A stretch of 64,000 nt of DNA from Basidiobolus meristosporus CBS 931.73 (Eukaryota; Fungi; Basidiobolomycota): assembly GCA_002104905.1 (NCBI GenBank), contig MCFE01000040.1, forward strand, positions 62,001 to 126,000, in the 5' to 3' direction. Every line of letters begins with the position of its first letter. Within the stretch, counting starts at the first letter, position 1. The notes under the pieces were generated by a model, which was not told the DNA's origin, ran no database searches, and saw only the letters and a list, made by a program, of their open reading frames with translations. Both the position numbers and the translations under genes were made by a program. Shown one piece after another: positions 63,531 to 64,000 of this stretch.

Positions 63531-64000
63531 AGATGTACTGGCTGGTTAGATCCACTCAAATAGTTGTAAAGTGCACTAAGACTGTAACAATTCCATGCCA
63601 CCCTTGGCAAAACACTGTACAAACACCATTATATTTTATCAACTTTTTTTGGCTGTAAAATCCGCAAAATGCCGTTGTGATCCTGTCACAAGATTGTGTA
63701 GATGGTTGTTAATTCCAAGCTGCTGGTATTATAGTGGTCTCCTGGTAGGATCTTGATGGCTGATCTGAATTGGATCCACCTGCAGGATCAAGTTATTTTT
63801 CCTAGGGCAAGTTCATGGTATTTTTTATTTGAACTATATGTGAAATACCCACAGTATAGTGGGTAAGCAAATGAGCTTAGGTGATTCCACAATATAGTAT
63901 CTGAATTGTGCAAGGGGAGGTAGCAAAAGGAAATACCATTTGATAAATTGGTACAGTAGCATTATAGAGGACTAGATGTTGGCCACTGTATTGTTGTTAT
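63531..64000 (+). pseudogene. Family X fragments
   Basis: NSKLL..WS..ILMADLNWIHLQDQVIF followed by F.LNY...KGR*QKEIPFDKLV. Confidence 0.6.

Overview
Eukaryotic, fungal-like genomic DNA (taxon is inference). There is one host gene, an intron-less LysM-domain protein at 40-879 (-), in a CpG-rich zone that ends near 3.2 kb. The remaining ~61 kb is a CpG-depleted, deeply nested transposon cluster. It contains: (1) one very young Ty3/gypsy with identical 368-bp LTRs, a 4-bp TSD and a 1346-aa gag-pol ORF, plus decayed relatives and solo LTRs; (2) at least four Ty1/copia copies; (3) a DUF4100-type gypsy with related ~0.8-1.2-kb solo LTRs; (4) a chromovirus relic; (5) three copies of a two-gene IS5/PIF-Harbinger-like DNA transposon (TIR AGACTTGTT, 3-bp TSD) and its long foldback MITEs; and (6) many fragments of an unclassified Cys-rich coding repeat. 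No rRNA, tRNA or CRISPR array was seen. All boundaries, TSDs and mismatch counts were read by eye, and family assignments come from recognised motifs, not database searches.
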